A program made the translations under genes and the position numbers. This document shows, one piece after another, positions 50,662-63,462 of a stretch of DNA of 64,000 nucleotides (position 1 is its first letter; each line of letters begins with the position of its first letter). Source of the stretch: Roseomonas sp. (lineage in GTDB: Bacteria > Pseudomonadota > Alphaproteobacteria > Acetobacterales > Acetobacteraceae); assembly GCA_028288745.1 (NCBI GenBank), contig JAQGHX010000108.1:9564-73563 (forward strand), read 5' to 3'. Under the pieces are notes generated by a model. It was not told the origin of the DNA. It searched no databases and was given only the letters and a program-made list of their open reading frames with translations.

Positions 50662-51479
50662 CGCATCGGGGCTGGGCTGGTTCCCGCGCCGGCATCCAGG
50701 GCCGGCACGGCGCCGCCCTGCGCCAACGGACCGGCGCGGGAGGGAAGCTCGCTGGAGTTGCGGATCTGCTGGTTGCGGCCCTGGCGGTAGCCGCTGCGCA
50801 GCGTCGCATAAGGGTCAAGGCTGGATTCCTTGACGGAATCCAGGGTGTCGAGCAGCCCCTCGCGCGTGTCGAGCACAGTCAGGCCGATGCGCGCGTATTC
50901 TATGATATCGCCCGTGTTGCCGTTATTGGCGAGGACCCAGTTCATCGGGTCGGCGGCGATGGCGGCGCCGAAGCCGGTCAGGTCACGCGGGTTGCTCGGG
51001 CCCAGCAGCGGCAGAAACAGGTAAGGACCCTCGCCCACGCCCCAGGACGCGAAGGTCTGGCCGAAATCCTCGGTATGGCCCGGCATGCCCGCTTCCGCCG
51101 CCACGTCGAAGATGCCGCCGAGGCCGAAGGTGGTGTTGATCATGAAGCGGCCGACGGTCACCAGGAGCCGGTCCCCATTGCCCTGCAGCAGGTCGTTCGC
51201 GGCGATCAGCGGGCTGCGGAGGTTCACCAGCACGTTGCGCACGCCGGTCCGCACCGGCTGCGGCACCACGAACTGGTAGGCTTTGGCGGCGGGCCGCAGC
51301 AGCACTGTGTCGAGGCCGTCATTCACCGCGTACATGGCGCGGTTGAAAGGCTCTATCGGGTCGTTGTTCTGCTCGTATTCCGCAACGGCCTCGGGCTCGC
51401 TGGCGGGGGGGCGCGTGGCGCAGGCAGAGATGGCCAGCAGGCCGAGCAGAAGCAGCGGGGAACGTCGGAGAGAAAACAT
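50658..51479 (-). CDS. mlaA: VacJ/MlaA lipoprotein
   Basis: Lipobox ISAC; DPIEPFNR, RFMINTTFGLGG, EDFGQT, GPYLFLPLLGPS, SLDPY. Confidence 0.9.
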   Translation of the reverse strand: MFSLRRSPLLLLGLLAISACATRPPASEPEAVAEYEQNNDPIEPFNRAMYAVNDGLDTVLLRPAAKAYQFVVPQPVRTGVRNVLVNLRSPLIAANDLLQGNGDRLLVTVGRFMINTTFGLGGIFDVAAEAGMPGHTEDFGQTFASWGVGEGPYLFLPLLGPSNPRDLTGFGAAIAADPMNWVLANNGNTGDIIEYARIGLTVLDTREGLLDTLDSVKESSLDPYATLRSGYRQGRNQQIRNSSELPSRAGPLAQGGAVPALDAGAGTSPAPMR

Positions 51480-51690
51480 TGTCGGGGCGGATCCTGCGAT
51501 AGCACCAGTGCGGCGCAAGCTTAACGAAGAGTCGCAGAGTAAAGTGTCACCGGCGCGGGCATAAATCGAACCTTTTCGCCGGCGGCACCCAAAATGCGCC
51601 CAGTACACAATATCATAAAATCCGAGACCGCGCTGCCATGGGCGCCATATCGGCCACGTCCGCCGGTTATTCAATTCCCCGGCGCCTTAG

Positions 51691-51708
51691 GATAGGATGT
51701 TCCTTATC
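51691..51708. promoter_or_regulatory. Dyad directly upstream of metF, possible SahR/SamR-type operator
   Basis: GATAGGATGTTCCTTATC imperfect palindrome abutting ATG 51709. Confidence 0.35.
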
Positions 51709-52677
51709 ATGAATCACCTCGCCGACGCCCTTTCCGGGCACGACACCGCCCAAGCGTCCGCCGGCACCCTGCGGCGCTGGCTCACCGGCCCGCGGGTCGC
51801 GAGCCTGCCGCAAAGCCTGGACCTGACGGTGCCGAAGCTGTCCTTCGAGTTCTTCCCGCCCCGTACGGAGGCGCTGGAACAGCAGCTCTGGGCCTGCGTG
51901 CGGCGGCTGGAGCCGCTGGCGCCGAGCTTCGTCTCCGTCACCTATGGCGCCGGCGGCACGACGCAGGAGCGCACCCACAACACCGTGGCCCGGCTGGTGC
52001 AGGAGACGGCGCTGACCCCCGCCGCGCACCTGACCTGCGTCGGTGCCAGCCGTGGCGAGGTCGACGACGTCGCCCGCCGCTACTGGGCGGCCGGGGTGCG
52101 CCATATTGTGGCGCTGCGCGGCGACGCGCCGGCCGGCGAGGCCGGCTACGTGCCGCATCCCGACGGCTACGCCTATGCCGCCGACCTGGTGGCCGGCCTG
52201 AAGCAGGTCGCTGATTTCGAGATCTCGGTGGCCGCCTACCCTGAGATGCACCCGACCGCGTCCTCGCCCGAGGCCGACCTGGACAACCTGAAGCGCAAGA
52301 TCGATGCGGGCGCCACCCGCGCCATCACGCAGTATTTCTTCGATACCGATGTCTACCTGCGCTTCCTGGACCGCTGCCTGGCGGCCGGCATCACGGTGCC
52401 GATCGTGCCGGGCATCCTGCCGGTGTCGAATTTCAAGCAGGTCAGCAAGTTCTCGGCCATGTGCGGCACCGCCGTGCCGGGCTGGATGGGCAAGCTGTTC
52501 GAGGGGCTGGATGACGATTCCGAGACCCGCCACATGGTCGCCGCCGCCATGGCCGCCGAGCAGGTGCGGCTGCTGCAGGCCAACGGGGTGGACGAATTCC
52601 ACTTCTACACGCTGAACCGGGCCGACCTCAGCTACGCCATCGCGCATATCCTGGGGGCCCGCCCGAAGAAGGGGTGA
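51709..52677 (+). CDS. metF: 5,10-methylenetetrahydrofolate reductase
   Basis: SFEFFPP, FVSVTYGAGG, AHLTC, ALRGD, AYPE.HP, AITQYFF, HFYTLN; start 51697 also possible. Confidence 0.95.
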   Translation: MNHLADALSGHDTAQASAGTLRRWLTGPRVASLPQSLDLTVPKLSFEFFPPRTEALEQQLWACVRRLEPLAPSFVSVTYGAGGTTQERTHNTVARLVQETALTPAAHLTCVGASRGEVDDVARRYWAAGVRHIVALRGDAPAGEAGYVPHPDGYAYAADLVAGLKQVADFEISVAAYPEMHPTASSPEADLDNLKRKIDAGATRAITQYFFDTDVYLRFLDRCLAAGITVPIVPGILPVSNFKQVSKFSAMCGTAVPGWMGKLFEGLDDDSETRHMVAAAMAAEQVRLLQANGVDEFHFYTLNRADLSYAIAHILGARPKKG

Positions 52678-52727
52678 GGGGCCGCCACCAGCTTGGCCTT
52701 GTTCGCCAGACGTTCTATATCTGCGGC

Positions 52728-53228
52728 GTGTTGGCATCCCTGTTTCCCCTCCTGGCCCTTCCACTCCTGCTGCTGGCCGTGTCGCCGGCGGTGGCCGGCT
52801 GCACGGATGCGGCCGCGCCACGGGTGGACTGGCGCCGCTGCCTGCATGACGGGCGCGACCTGCAGGGGGTGGACCTTTCCGGTGCCGTGCTGCGCGACGC
52901 CAGCTTCTCCCGCGCCAGCCTGCAAGGCGTGAAGCTGGCGGGGGCCGAGGCGCCGGAGGTGCGCTTCACCTCGGCCGACATGACCGGCGCGGACCTCTCC
53001 GGCGCCGTGCTGCGCGGGGCCGATTTCACCCGCACCGTGCTGCGGGGCGGCTCGCTGGCGCGCGCGGACCTGCGGCAGGCGCGCTTCTTCCGCGCCGACC
53101 TGCGGGGGGTGGATTTCCAGGGCGCCGAACTGGCCGGCGCCGATCTCTCGGGTGCCCTGCTGGAGGGCGCCCTCTGGGTGGATGGCCAAAGGCGCTGTGC
53201 CGCCGACTCCGTGGGGGCCTGCCGATGA
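52728..53228 (+). CDS. Exported pentapeptide-repeat protein
   Basis: Signal-like hydrophobic N-terminus; A(D/N)Lxx repeats; flanking Cys pairs; start uncertain. Confidence 0.8.
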   Translation: MLASLFPLLALPLLLLAVSPAVAGCTDAAAPRVDWRRCLHDGRDLQGVDLSGAVLRDASFSRASLQGVKLAGAEAPEVRFTSADMTGADLSGAVLRGADFTRTVLRGGSLARADLRQARFFRADLRGVDFQGAELAGADLSGALLEGALWVDGQRRCAADSVGACR

Positions 53229-55429
53229 CCGAGTACCTGACCCGCCTGAACCCCGAGCAGCGCGCCGCCGTCGAGGCGGTGGACGGCCCGCTTCTGGTGC
53301 TGGCCGGCGCCGGCACCGGCAAGACACGGGTGCTGACCACCCGCTTCGCGCATATCCTGATGACGCGCCGTGCTTTCCCCAACCAGGTGCTGGCCGTCAC
53401 CTTCACCAACAAGGCGGCGAAGGAGATGCGGGAGCGCGTCTCCTCCATCCTGGGGCAATCGGCCGAGGGGCTGTGGCTCGGCACCTTCCACGCGCTCTGC
53501 GCCCGTATGCTGCGGCGGAACGCGGAGCTGGTGGGGCTGTCCAGCAACTTCACCATCCTCGATACCGACGACCAGATGCGGCTGCTGAAGCAAATTATGG
53601 CAGCGGCCAATATCGACACCAAGCGTTGGACGCCGCAGGTGCTGATGGGCGCCATCCAGCGCTGGAAGGACCGCGGCCTGACACCGGACCGCGTGACCGA
53701 CGCCGAGGATATCGACTTCGCCAATGGCCGCGCCCGCACGCTGTATGCCGTGTACCAGGACCGGCTGAAGCAACTGAACGCCACCGATTTCGGCGACCTG
53801 CTGCTGCACGTGACCGAGATCCTGCGCAACAACCCGGACGTGCTGGCCAATTACCACCGCATGTTCCGCTACATCCTGGTGGACGAGTACCAGGACACCA
53901 ATACCGTCCAGTACCTCTGGCTGCGCCTGCTGGCCCAGCGGCCGGACCCGGCCGAGCGCAACATCTGCTGCGTGGGCGACGATGACCAGTCGATCTATTC
54001 CTGGCGCGGCGCCGAGATCGAGAACATCCTGCGCTTCGAGAAGGATTTTCCCGGCGCCACCATCGTGCGGCTGGAGGCCAATTACCGCTCCACCCGGCCG
54101 ATCCTGGGTGCCGCCTCGCACCTTATCGCCAACAATGCCGGGCGCATGGGCAAGACCCTGCGCCCCGGCCGCAACGATGCCGAGGGCGACAAGGTCCGCG
54201 TCGTCTCCCTCTGGGATTCCGAGGAAGAGGCGCGGATGGTGGGCGAACGCATTGAGGCGCTGCGGCGCGACGGCCACCGCCTGACCGAGATGGCCATCCT
54301 GGTGCGCGCCGGCTTCCAGACCCGCGCCTTCGAGGAACGGCTGATTACCCTGGGTGTGCCCTACCGCGTCGTCGGCGGGCAAAAATTCTACGAGCGGGTC
54401 GAGATCCGCGACGCCATGGCCTATCTGCGCGTGCTGAACCAGCCCGCCGACGACCTGGCGTTCGAGCGCATCGTCAACACCCCCAAGCGCGGCCTGGGCG
54501 ATACCGGCATCCGCGCCATGCACGACCTGGCGCGGCGGGAAGGCAAGCCGCTGGTGGTGGCCGCCTGGCGGATGATCGAGACCGGCGCGCTGCGGCCGAA
54601 GCCCCGGCAGGCACTGCATGAATTGCTGGAAGGCTTCGCCCGCTGGCGCGCCGCGCTGCCGCATGAGGGCCATGTGGTGACGGTCGCGACCCTGCTGGAC
54701 GAGAGCGGCTATACCGACATGTGGAAGCAGGACAAGTCGCCCGAGGCCGCCGGGCGGCTGGAGAACCTGAAGGAACTGCTGCGCGCCCTGGGCGAGTTCG
54801 AGAGCCTGGCCGGCTTTCTGGAACATGTCGCGCTGGTGATGGAGAATGACGAGAACCCGGATGCCGACCGTGTCGGCCTGATGACGCTGCACGCCGCCAA
54901 GGGCCTCGAATTCGACACCGTCTTCCTGCCGGGCTGGGAGGAAGGGCTCTTCCCCCACCAGCGCGCGCTGGACGAGGGCGGCGACAAGGGGCTCGAGGAA
55001 GAGCGGCGGCTGGCCTATGTGGGCATCACCCGTGGCCGGCAGCGCGTCATCATCAGCCACGCCGCCAACCGCCGCATCTATGCCAACTGGTCCAGCGCGG
55101 TGCCCAGCCGCTTCCTCGACGAGTTGCCGGAGGAACATATCCAGCGCGATGGCGGCGCCTCGGCCCACCGCAACAAGATGGCGTCGATGCCCTCCGCCTT
55201 TTCCGGCCAGTTCCCGCTGGTGGCGCGCAAGCCGCGCGTGGCCGAGGCGGGCGCATGGGAAGTGGCGGCCCGCCCCTCGCGCAGTGCCACCATGCCGGTC
55301 GGCCAGCGGGTGTTCCACCAGAAATTCGGTTATGGGCGTGTCGTCGCCGCCGAGGACAACAAGCTCGACGTCGAGTTTGAGCAGGCGGGGCGCAAGCGCG
55401 TGATCGATAGTTTCTTGGAAAAGGCCTGA
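53225..55429 (+). CDS. uvrD: ATP-dependent DNA helicase UvrD/PcrA
   Basis: AGAGTGKT, TFTNKAA, VDEYQD, VGDDDQSIY, LEANYRS, HAAKGLEF, EERRLAYVGITR. Confidence 0.95.
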   Translation: MTEYLTRLNPEQRAAVEAVDGPLLVLAGAGTGKTRVLTTRFAHILMTRRAFPNQVLAVTFTNKAAKEMRERVSSILGQSAEGLWLGTFHALCARMLRRNAELVGLSSNFTILDTDDQMRLLKQIMAAANIDTKRWTPQVLMGAIQRWKDRGLTPDRVTDAEDIDFANGRARTLYAVYQDRLKQLNATDFGDLLLHVTEILRNNPDVLANYHRMFRYILVDEYQDTNTVQYLWLRLLAQRPDPAERNICCVGDDDQSIYSWRGAEIENILRFEKDFPGATIVRLEANYRSTRPILGAASHLIANNAGRMGKTLRPGRNDAEGDKVRVVSLWDSEEEARMVGERIEALRRDGHRLTEMAILVRAGFQTRAFEERLITLGVPYRVVGGQKFYERVEIRDAMAYLRVLNQPADDLAFERIVNTPKRGLGDTGIRAMHDLARREGKPLVVAAWRMIETGALRPKPRQALHELLEGFARWRAALPHEGHVVTVATLLDESGYTDMWKQDKSPEAAGRLENLKELLRALGEFESLAGFLEHVALVMENDENPDADRVGLMTLHAAKGLEFDTVFLPGWEEGLFPHQRALDEGGDKGLEEERRLAYVGITRGRQRVIISHAANRRIYANWSSAVPSRFLDELPEEHIQRDGGASAHRNKMASMPSAFSGQFPLVARKPRVAEAGAWEVAARPSRSATMPVGQRVFHQKFGYGRVVAAEDNKLDVEFEQAGRKRVIDSFLEKA

Positions 55430-56316
55430 TGAACCGCCGCCACCCCCATATCCTGGAGACCCTGACGCTCGATCGGCTGCCGGAGCATTCCGTGCCGGCC
55501 TTTGAGCAGGCCTTCCAGACCGTCTGCCTGACCGTCGCCTATTTCAAGGACGACCCGACCGAGACCTGGCGCCTGGAAGCAGTGCGCGAGGCGGGCGTGG
55601 GCGACGAGAAATTGCTGCCCGCCATCTTCCTGGCCGCCGCAATGTCCGGCATCGAGGCGCCGGAACTGGTCCGCTCGCCCGTCGAGGCAGATGGCTGGCT
55701 GGCCCGTACCGTGGAAGCCTTCCCGGAGCAGGAGATCGGCGGCCGCTTCATGATCCGCCCCACCCATGTGCCGGACCCCGTCACTTACGGGCGCATCGTG
55801 CTGAAGCTGGATGCCGGCCTCGCCTTCGGCTCCGGCGAGCATGGCTCGACCCGTGGCTGCCTGATCGGGTTCGAGGGCATGGCGCATCGCCGGCCCCGGC
55901 GCATCCTGGATATCGGCACGGGCTCCGGCATCCTGGCCATGGCGGCGTCCAAGCAGTTGAAGCGCCCGGTCCTGGCCACCGATATCGAACCCTGGAGCGT
56001 GCGCATCACCGCCGACAACGCGGCCATGAACGGGCTGCGCAACATGATCCGTGCCAAGCTGGCCGATGGGTGGCGCCACCCGGCGGTGCATGGCGGCCGC
56101 TATGACCTGGTCTTCGCCAATATCCTGGCGCGGCCGCTCTGCTCGATGGCGAAGGATCTGGCGGACCACTTGGCCCCGCGCGGCACCGCCATCCTGGCCG
56201 GGCTGCTGGGCACCCAGGTGCGCATGGTGCTGGCCGCGCATCGCCGTGCCGGGCTGGTGCTGGAGCGTCGTATCGACCAGGGCGCCTGGTCGGCCCTGGT
56301 GCTGCGCAAACGCTAG
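55429..56316 (+). CDS. prmA: Ribosomal protein L11 methyltransferase
   Basis: DAGLAFGSGEHGST, LDIGTGSGILA, ANILARPL. Confidence 0.88.
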   Translation: MNRRHPHILETLTLDRLPEHSVPAFEQAFQTVCLTVAYFKDDPTETWRLEAVREAGVGDEKLLPAIFLAAAMSGIEAPELVRSPVEADGWLARTVEAFPEQEIGGRFMIRPTHVPDPVTYGRIVLKLDAGLAFGSGEHGSTRGCLIGFEGMAHRRPRRILDIGTGSGILAMAASKQLKRPVLATDIEPWSVRITADNAAMNGLRNMIRAKLADGWRHPAVHGGRYDLVFANILARPLCSMAKDLADHLAPRGTAILAGLLGTQVRMVLAAHRRAGLVLERRIDQGAWSALVLRKR

Positions 56317-56333
56317 ACGGAAGCGGGAGCCCC

Positions 56334-56490
56334 AAAAGGAGATCGCCCCACTGCCCGGGGGAAGGGCAGCAGGGCGATCAAACCGAAACGGCGTTGGGGG
56401 GAGGGGGAGTAGTGAGGAGCGCCGCCCGGTAACTGGTCTCTGCCTGTACAACCCCGGCGCGTGGCCAGGGTTGCAGACAGGCCAGAAATA
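56334..56490 (-). ncRNA. Candidate cuckoo/CcsR-like sRNA in the 3' region of the DUF1127 gene
   Basis: Three hairpins; middle loop CTCCTCACTACTCCCCCTCCCCCCAA; last stem GATCGCCCTGCTGCCC-TTCCCCC-GGGCAGTGGGGCGATC followed by TCCTTTT. Confidence 0.6.
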
Positions 56491-56492
56491 AA

Positions 56493-56819
56493 TCAGGCCG
56501 CGATGCGGTTCGACTGGAACGTCACTTCGACCTGCGCCTTGCCGACCGGCAGGGTGTGGACGGTCGCGCTCGGGCGCTCGTCGTTCTTCTGGAAGACGCG
56601 GCCGATGTCGCCGCGGTTCAGGCCGATATCGGCCAGCTCGCGATCGGTGAGCATCGACAGCTCATCCATCACCCGCCGGCGGCGCGGGTATTCCATGATG
56701 GCCTGGTAAGCATTGCGGAACCACTGGCCGATCTTCACGTCGCGCTGATGCATGGCATCCTGACGGATGGCCTCGACAGCGGCAGAGTGGATGGTGGGGT
56801 TGGTGATCCGGGCGTCCAT
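56493..56819 (-). CDS. DUF1127 domain protein
   Basis: RRRRVMDELSMLTDRELADIGLNRGDI. Confidence 0.85.
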   Translation of the reverse strand: MDARITNPTIHSAAVEAIRQDAMHQRDVKIGQWFRNAYQAIMEYPRRRRVMDELSMLTDRELADIGLNRGDIGRVFQKNDERPSATVHTLPVGKAQVEVTFQSNRIAA

Positions 56820-57005
56820 GTTAGCTGTTTTCCAAATGGCTTCAGAGTGGTCAGCGTGTCCGGCCGGTGCCGTCTCGCCCACCCTTGTGCGTTGCGGCAT
56901 AGATACTCTTCCGATCAGGTTTTAGTAGCGCCGGGCTCGAGGGCGAGCCATGCGTTAAACGCATTAACAATGATTAACCATGATTTTAACGGGAGCCTCA
57001 CACAG

Positions 57006-58783
57006 ATGACACGCTCGGGAGCGCAATCTTCCAACCTCGCCATCCTTCGTTCCAGCTTGCCCGGCCTGGGGGTGGAGGGGGTGCTGGTGCCCCGCAGTGA
57101 CGAATTCCTGGGCGAGTATGTGCCCCCTAGCGCCGAGCGCCTTGCATGGCTGACCGGCTTTACCGGATCTGCTGGCATGGCTGTGGTCACGGCCGAGAAG
57201 GCGGCCATCTTTACCGACGGGCGCTACACCACCCAGGTCGCCGCGCAGACCGACCCGGCGCTGTGGGAGCGCCGCCACCTGATCGATGAGCCGCCGCAGG
57301 ACTGGCTGGGCGAACACGCCGCCGGCCTGCGGATCGGCTATGACCCGCGCCTGCACCCGCAATCGGCCATCGACCGCCTGGCGGAATCCGGCGCCGTGCT
57401 GGTGCCGCTGGCGGCGAACCCCATCGACGACATCTGGCATGACCGCCCGGCACCGCCCCATGCCGCCGCCGTGCCGCAGCCCGCCGAATATGCCGGCCTG
57501 TCCTCGGCCGGGAAGCGCGAGGCCGCCGCTGGCCTGCTGCGCGCGGCCGGCGAGGATGCCGCCGTGCTGGCCGACGCGCATTCCATCGCCTGGCTGCTGA
57601 ACATCCGGGGCGGCGACCTGTCGCATACCCCGCTGGCCCTGGGCAGCGCCCTGCTGCATGCCGACGCGCGGGTCGACCTTTTCATGGAACCGGGCAAGCT
57701 GGGTGCCGAGGTCCGCGCGCATCTGGGCAATGAGGTGACGCTCCACCCGCCCGCCGCGCTGGCCGAGAGCCTGGCCGCGCTGGGCGGCCGCACCGTGCGG
57801 GTGGACCCCGACCTCACCCCCGTCTGGTACGCCGCGACGCTGCGCGAGGCCGGGGCCAGGCTGACCGGTGGCGAGGACCCCTGCCGCCTGCCGCGCGCGT
57901 GCAAGAACCCGGTGGAGCAGGAAGGCGCCCGCGCCGCCCACCGCCGCGACGCCGTGGCCATGGCCCGCTTCCTGGCCTGGTTCGAGGTCGCGGCCCCCCA
58001 GGGCGGGCAGACGGAGATCACCGCCGCCGATCGCCTCCTGGCCTTCCGCGCCGAGGTGCCACTGTTCCGCGGCGAGAGCTTCCCGGCCATTTCCGGCGCG
58101 GGCGAGAACGGCGCCATCATCCACTATCGCGCCATGCCCGGAAGCGAGCGCGCGATCGGTCCCGACGAGTGCTACCTGATCGACAGCGGCGCCCAGTTCA
58201 CCGATGGCACCACCGACATCACCCGCACCCTCTGGACCGGCCCCGGCACGCCGCCCGCCGCTCTGAAGGACCGCTATACCCGCGTGCTGCGCGGGCATGT
58301 GGCGCTGTCCACCCTGCGTTTCCCGCAGGGCGCCGCCGGGCCGCACCTGGATGCCGTGGCGCGCCGCCCGCTCTGGGATGCCGGGCTGGATTACGACCAC
58401 GGCACCGGCCATGGCGTCGGCAGCTTCCTCTCCGTGCATGAGGGGCCGGTGGCCTTCAGCCGCGCCGCCAAGCCGGTGCCGCTGCGGGAGGGCATGATCC
58501 TGTCCAACGAGCCTGGCTTCTACCTGCCCGGCGCCTATGGCATCCGCATCGAGAACCTGCTGCTGACCCGCGCCGCGCCGCAGCAGCCCGACCAGAAGAA
58601 GCCCTTCCTGGAATTCGAGACGCTGACGCTCGCGCCCTATGACCGCCGGCTGATCGACCTGCCGCTGCTGACGCCGGCGGAGCGCGCCTGGATCGACGCC
58701 TACCACGCCCGCGTGCTGGCGGAGGTCGGGCCGCAACTGGATGCCGGAACGGCCGCCTGGCTGGCCAGGGCCTGCGCGCCGCT

Positions 58784-58787
<4 letters not shown>
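57006..58787 (+). CDS. Xaa-Pro aminopeptidase (M24B)
   Basis: WLTGFTGSAG, DGRY, DSGAQFTDGTTDITRT, HGTGHGVG, HEGP, SNEPGFY, GIRIEN. Confidence 0.92.
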
Positions 58788-61745
<2,958 letters not shown>

Positions 61746-61772
61746 TTACGCGAGAACCGCGCCCGGCCGAGC

Positions 61773-63452
61773 TTAGGCCGAGCCGGCCAGCAGGCTGTCG
61801 GCGGCCGCGCGCGCCGCTTCGGTCACGGTTTCGCCGGCCAGCATCCGGGCCAGTTCCTCCCGCCGCGTGGCCGGGGCCAGGATGTCCACCCGCGTCTCGG
61901 CCCGGTCGGCGCGGATGCCCTTGGACACGCGCAGGTGCTGGGCGCCGCGCGCCGCCACCTGCGGGCTGTGGGTCACCACCAGAACCTGCAGCCGCTCGGC
62001 CACCCGTTGCAGCCGCTCGCCCACCGCCGCCGCCGTGGCGCCGCCGATGCCGCTGTCGACCTCATCGAAGACCAGCGTCGGCACCGGGCTGCCGCGGGCC
62101 AGCACCACCTTCAGCGCCAGCATCAGCCGCGACAATTCGCCGCCGGAGGCGATCTTGTCGAGCTGCCCTGGCTTCTGGCCGGGATTGGTGGAGACCAGGA
62201 ACATGATGCGGTCCAGCCCGTCGCTGGCCCAGCCGCGCTCGTCGCGCCGCTCGATGGAAATATGCAGCCGGGCGCGGTCCAGCTTCAGTGGCTTCAGCTC
62301 GCGCGCCACGGCCTCTTCCAGCTTGCCTGCAGTGGCGCGGCGGGTGGCGGAGAGCGACTGCGCCACCTCCAGGTAGCGGGCGCGGGCGGCGGCGGCGGCG
62401 GCCTCCAGCGCGCCGGCGCGCTCGGCTCCGGCATCCAGCGCCGCCAGCCGGGCCTTGAGGTCCCGCAGCAGGGCGGGCAGTTCCACCACCGGCACGGCGT
62501 GCTTGCGCGCGGCGGCGCGCAGCGCGAAGAGGCGCTCTTCCACATGCTCCAGCCGGCGCGGGTCGGGCGCCATGCCGGAGGCAAGGCGCTCCAGCAGCCC
62601 TTCCGCCTCGGCCAGCGCATCCTGCGCCTGGCCCAGGGCGGTGATGGCAGGGGCGGCCTCCTCATTGGGCGGGGGCAGGCGTTCCAGCGCGCGGGCGGCA
62701 TTGCGCAGGGCGGCGGCGGGCCCGGCCCCGCCACGGCGGTCGCGCGGCTGCAAGTCGGAGAGGGCGGAGGCCACGGCCTCGGCGCGCCGCTCGCTCTGCT
62801 GCATGGTGCCGCGCTCCTGCGCCAGCGCGTCCTCCTCGCCCTCCTGGGGGGAAAGGGCGTCGAGTTCCTCGGAGGCGTGGCGCAACCATTCCTCGTCGCG
62901 CTGGGCACTGGCGATGGCATCCCGCGCGGCTTCCAGGTCCCGCTCGGCCCCGCGCCAGGCGCGGAAGGCCTCGGAGGTGGCGGTGCGGGCGGGCTCCAGC
63001 GCGCCAAAGGCATCCAGCAGCCCGGCATGGGTGGATGGGTCGGCCAGCCCCACCTGATCGTGCTGCCCCTGGACTTCCACCAGCAGCGCGCCCAGCCGCC
63101 GCAGCAACCCGACGCCCACCGGCTGGTCATTGACGAAGGCGCGGGAGCGGCCATCGGCCTGCACCACGCGGCGCAGCACCAGCTCATCCTCCGCGGCGAT
63201 GCCCTGCTCGGAGAGCAGGCTGAGCGCCGGGTGAGTGGGGGCCAATTGAAAACAGGCCACGACCGAGGCCAGGGACTGGCCGGAGCGAACCATGCCGGCT
63301 TCCGCCCGCTGGCCCAGCGCGAGGCCCAGGCTGTCGAGCAGAATGGACTTGCCGGCACCGGTCTCGCCCGTCAGCACCGTGAGACCGGCGCCGAGGGCGA
63401 GGTCCAGCCGTTCGATCAGAACGACATCGCGGATGGCCAGCGAGACCAGCAT
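61773..63452 (-). CDS. recN: DNA repair protein RecN
   Basis: LTGETGAGKSI, ASGGELSRLMLALK, FDEVDSGIGG, THSPQVAA. Confidence 0.96.
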   Translation of the reverse strand: MLVSLAIRDVVLIERLDLALGAGLTVLTGETGAGKSILLDSLGLALGQRAEAGMVRSGQSLASVVACFQLAPTHPALSLLSEQGIAAEDELVLRRVVQADGRSRAFVNDQPVGVGLLRRLGALLVEVQGQHDQVGLADPSTHAGLLDAFGALEPARTATSEAFRAWRGAERDLEAARDAIASAQRDEEWLRHASEELDALSPQEGEEDALAQERGTMQQSERRAEAVASALSDLQPRDRRGGAGPAAALRNAARALERLPPPNEEAAPAITALGQAQDALAEAEGLLERLASGMAPDPRRLEHVEERLFALRAAARKHAVPVVELPALLRDLKARLAALDAGAERAGALEAAAAAARARYLEVAQSLSATRRATAGKLEEAVARELKPLKLDRARLHISIERRDERGWASDGLDRIMFLVSTNPGQKPGQLDKIASGGELSRLMLALKVVLARGSPVPTLVFDEVDSGIGGATAAAVGERLQRVAERLQVLVVTHSPQVAARGAQHLRVSKGIRADRAETRVDILAPATRREELARMLAGETVTEAARAAADSLLAGSA

Positions 63453-63462
63453 GCAGCCGGTC

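Noticed and set aside
52728-53228. Qnr/MfpA-like gyrase-protecting DNA mimic coupled to uvrD
   Set aside because: The signal peptide and flanking Cys pairs indicate an exported protein.
56955-56989. Full CtrA site TTAA-N7-TTAA
   Set aside because: Spacings are 5, 6 and 8 nt; only a half-site is supportable.
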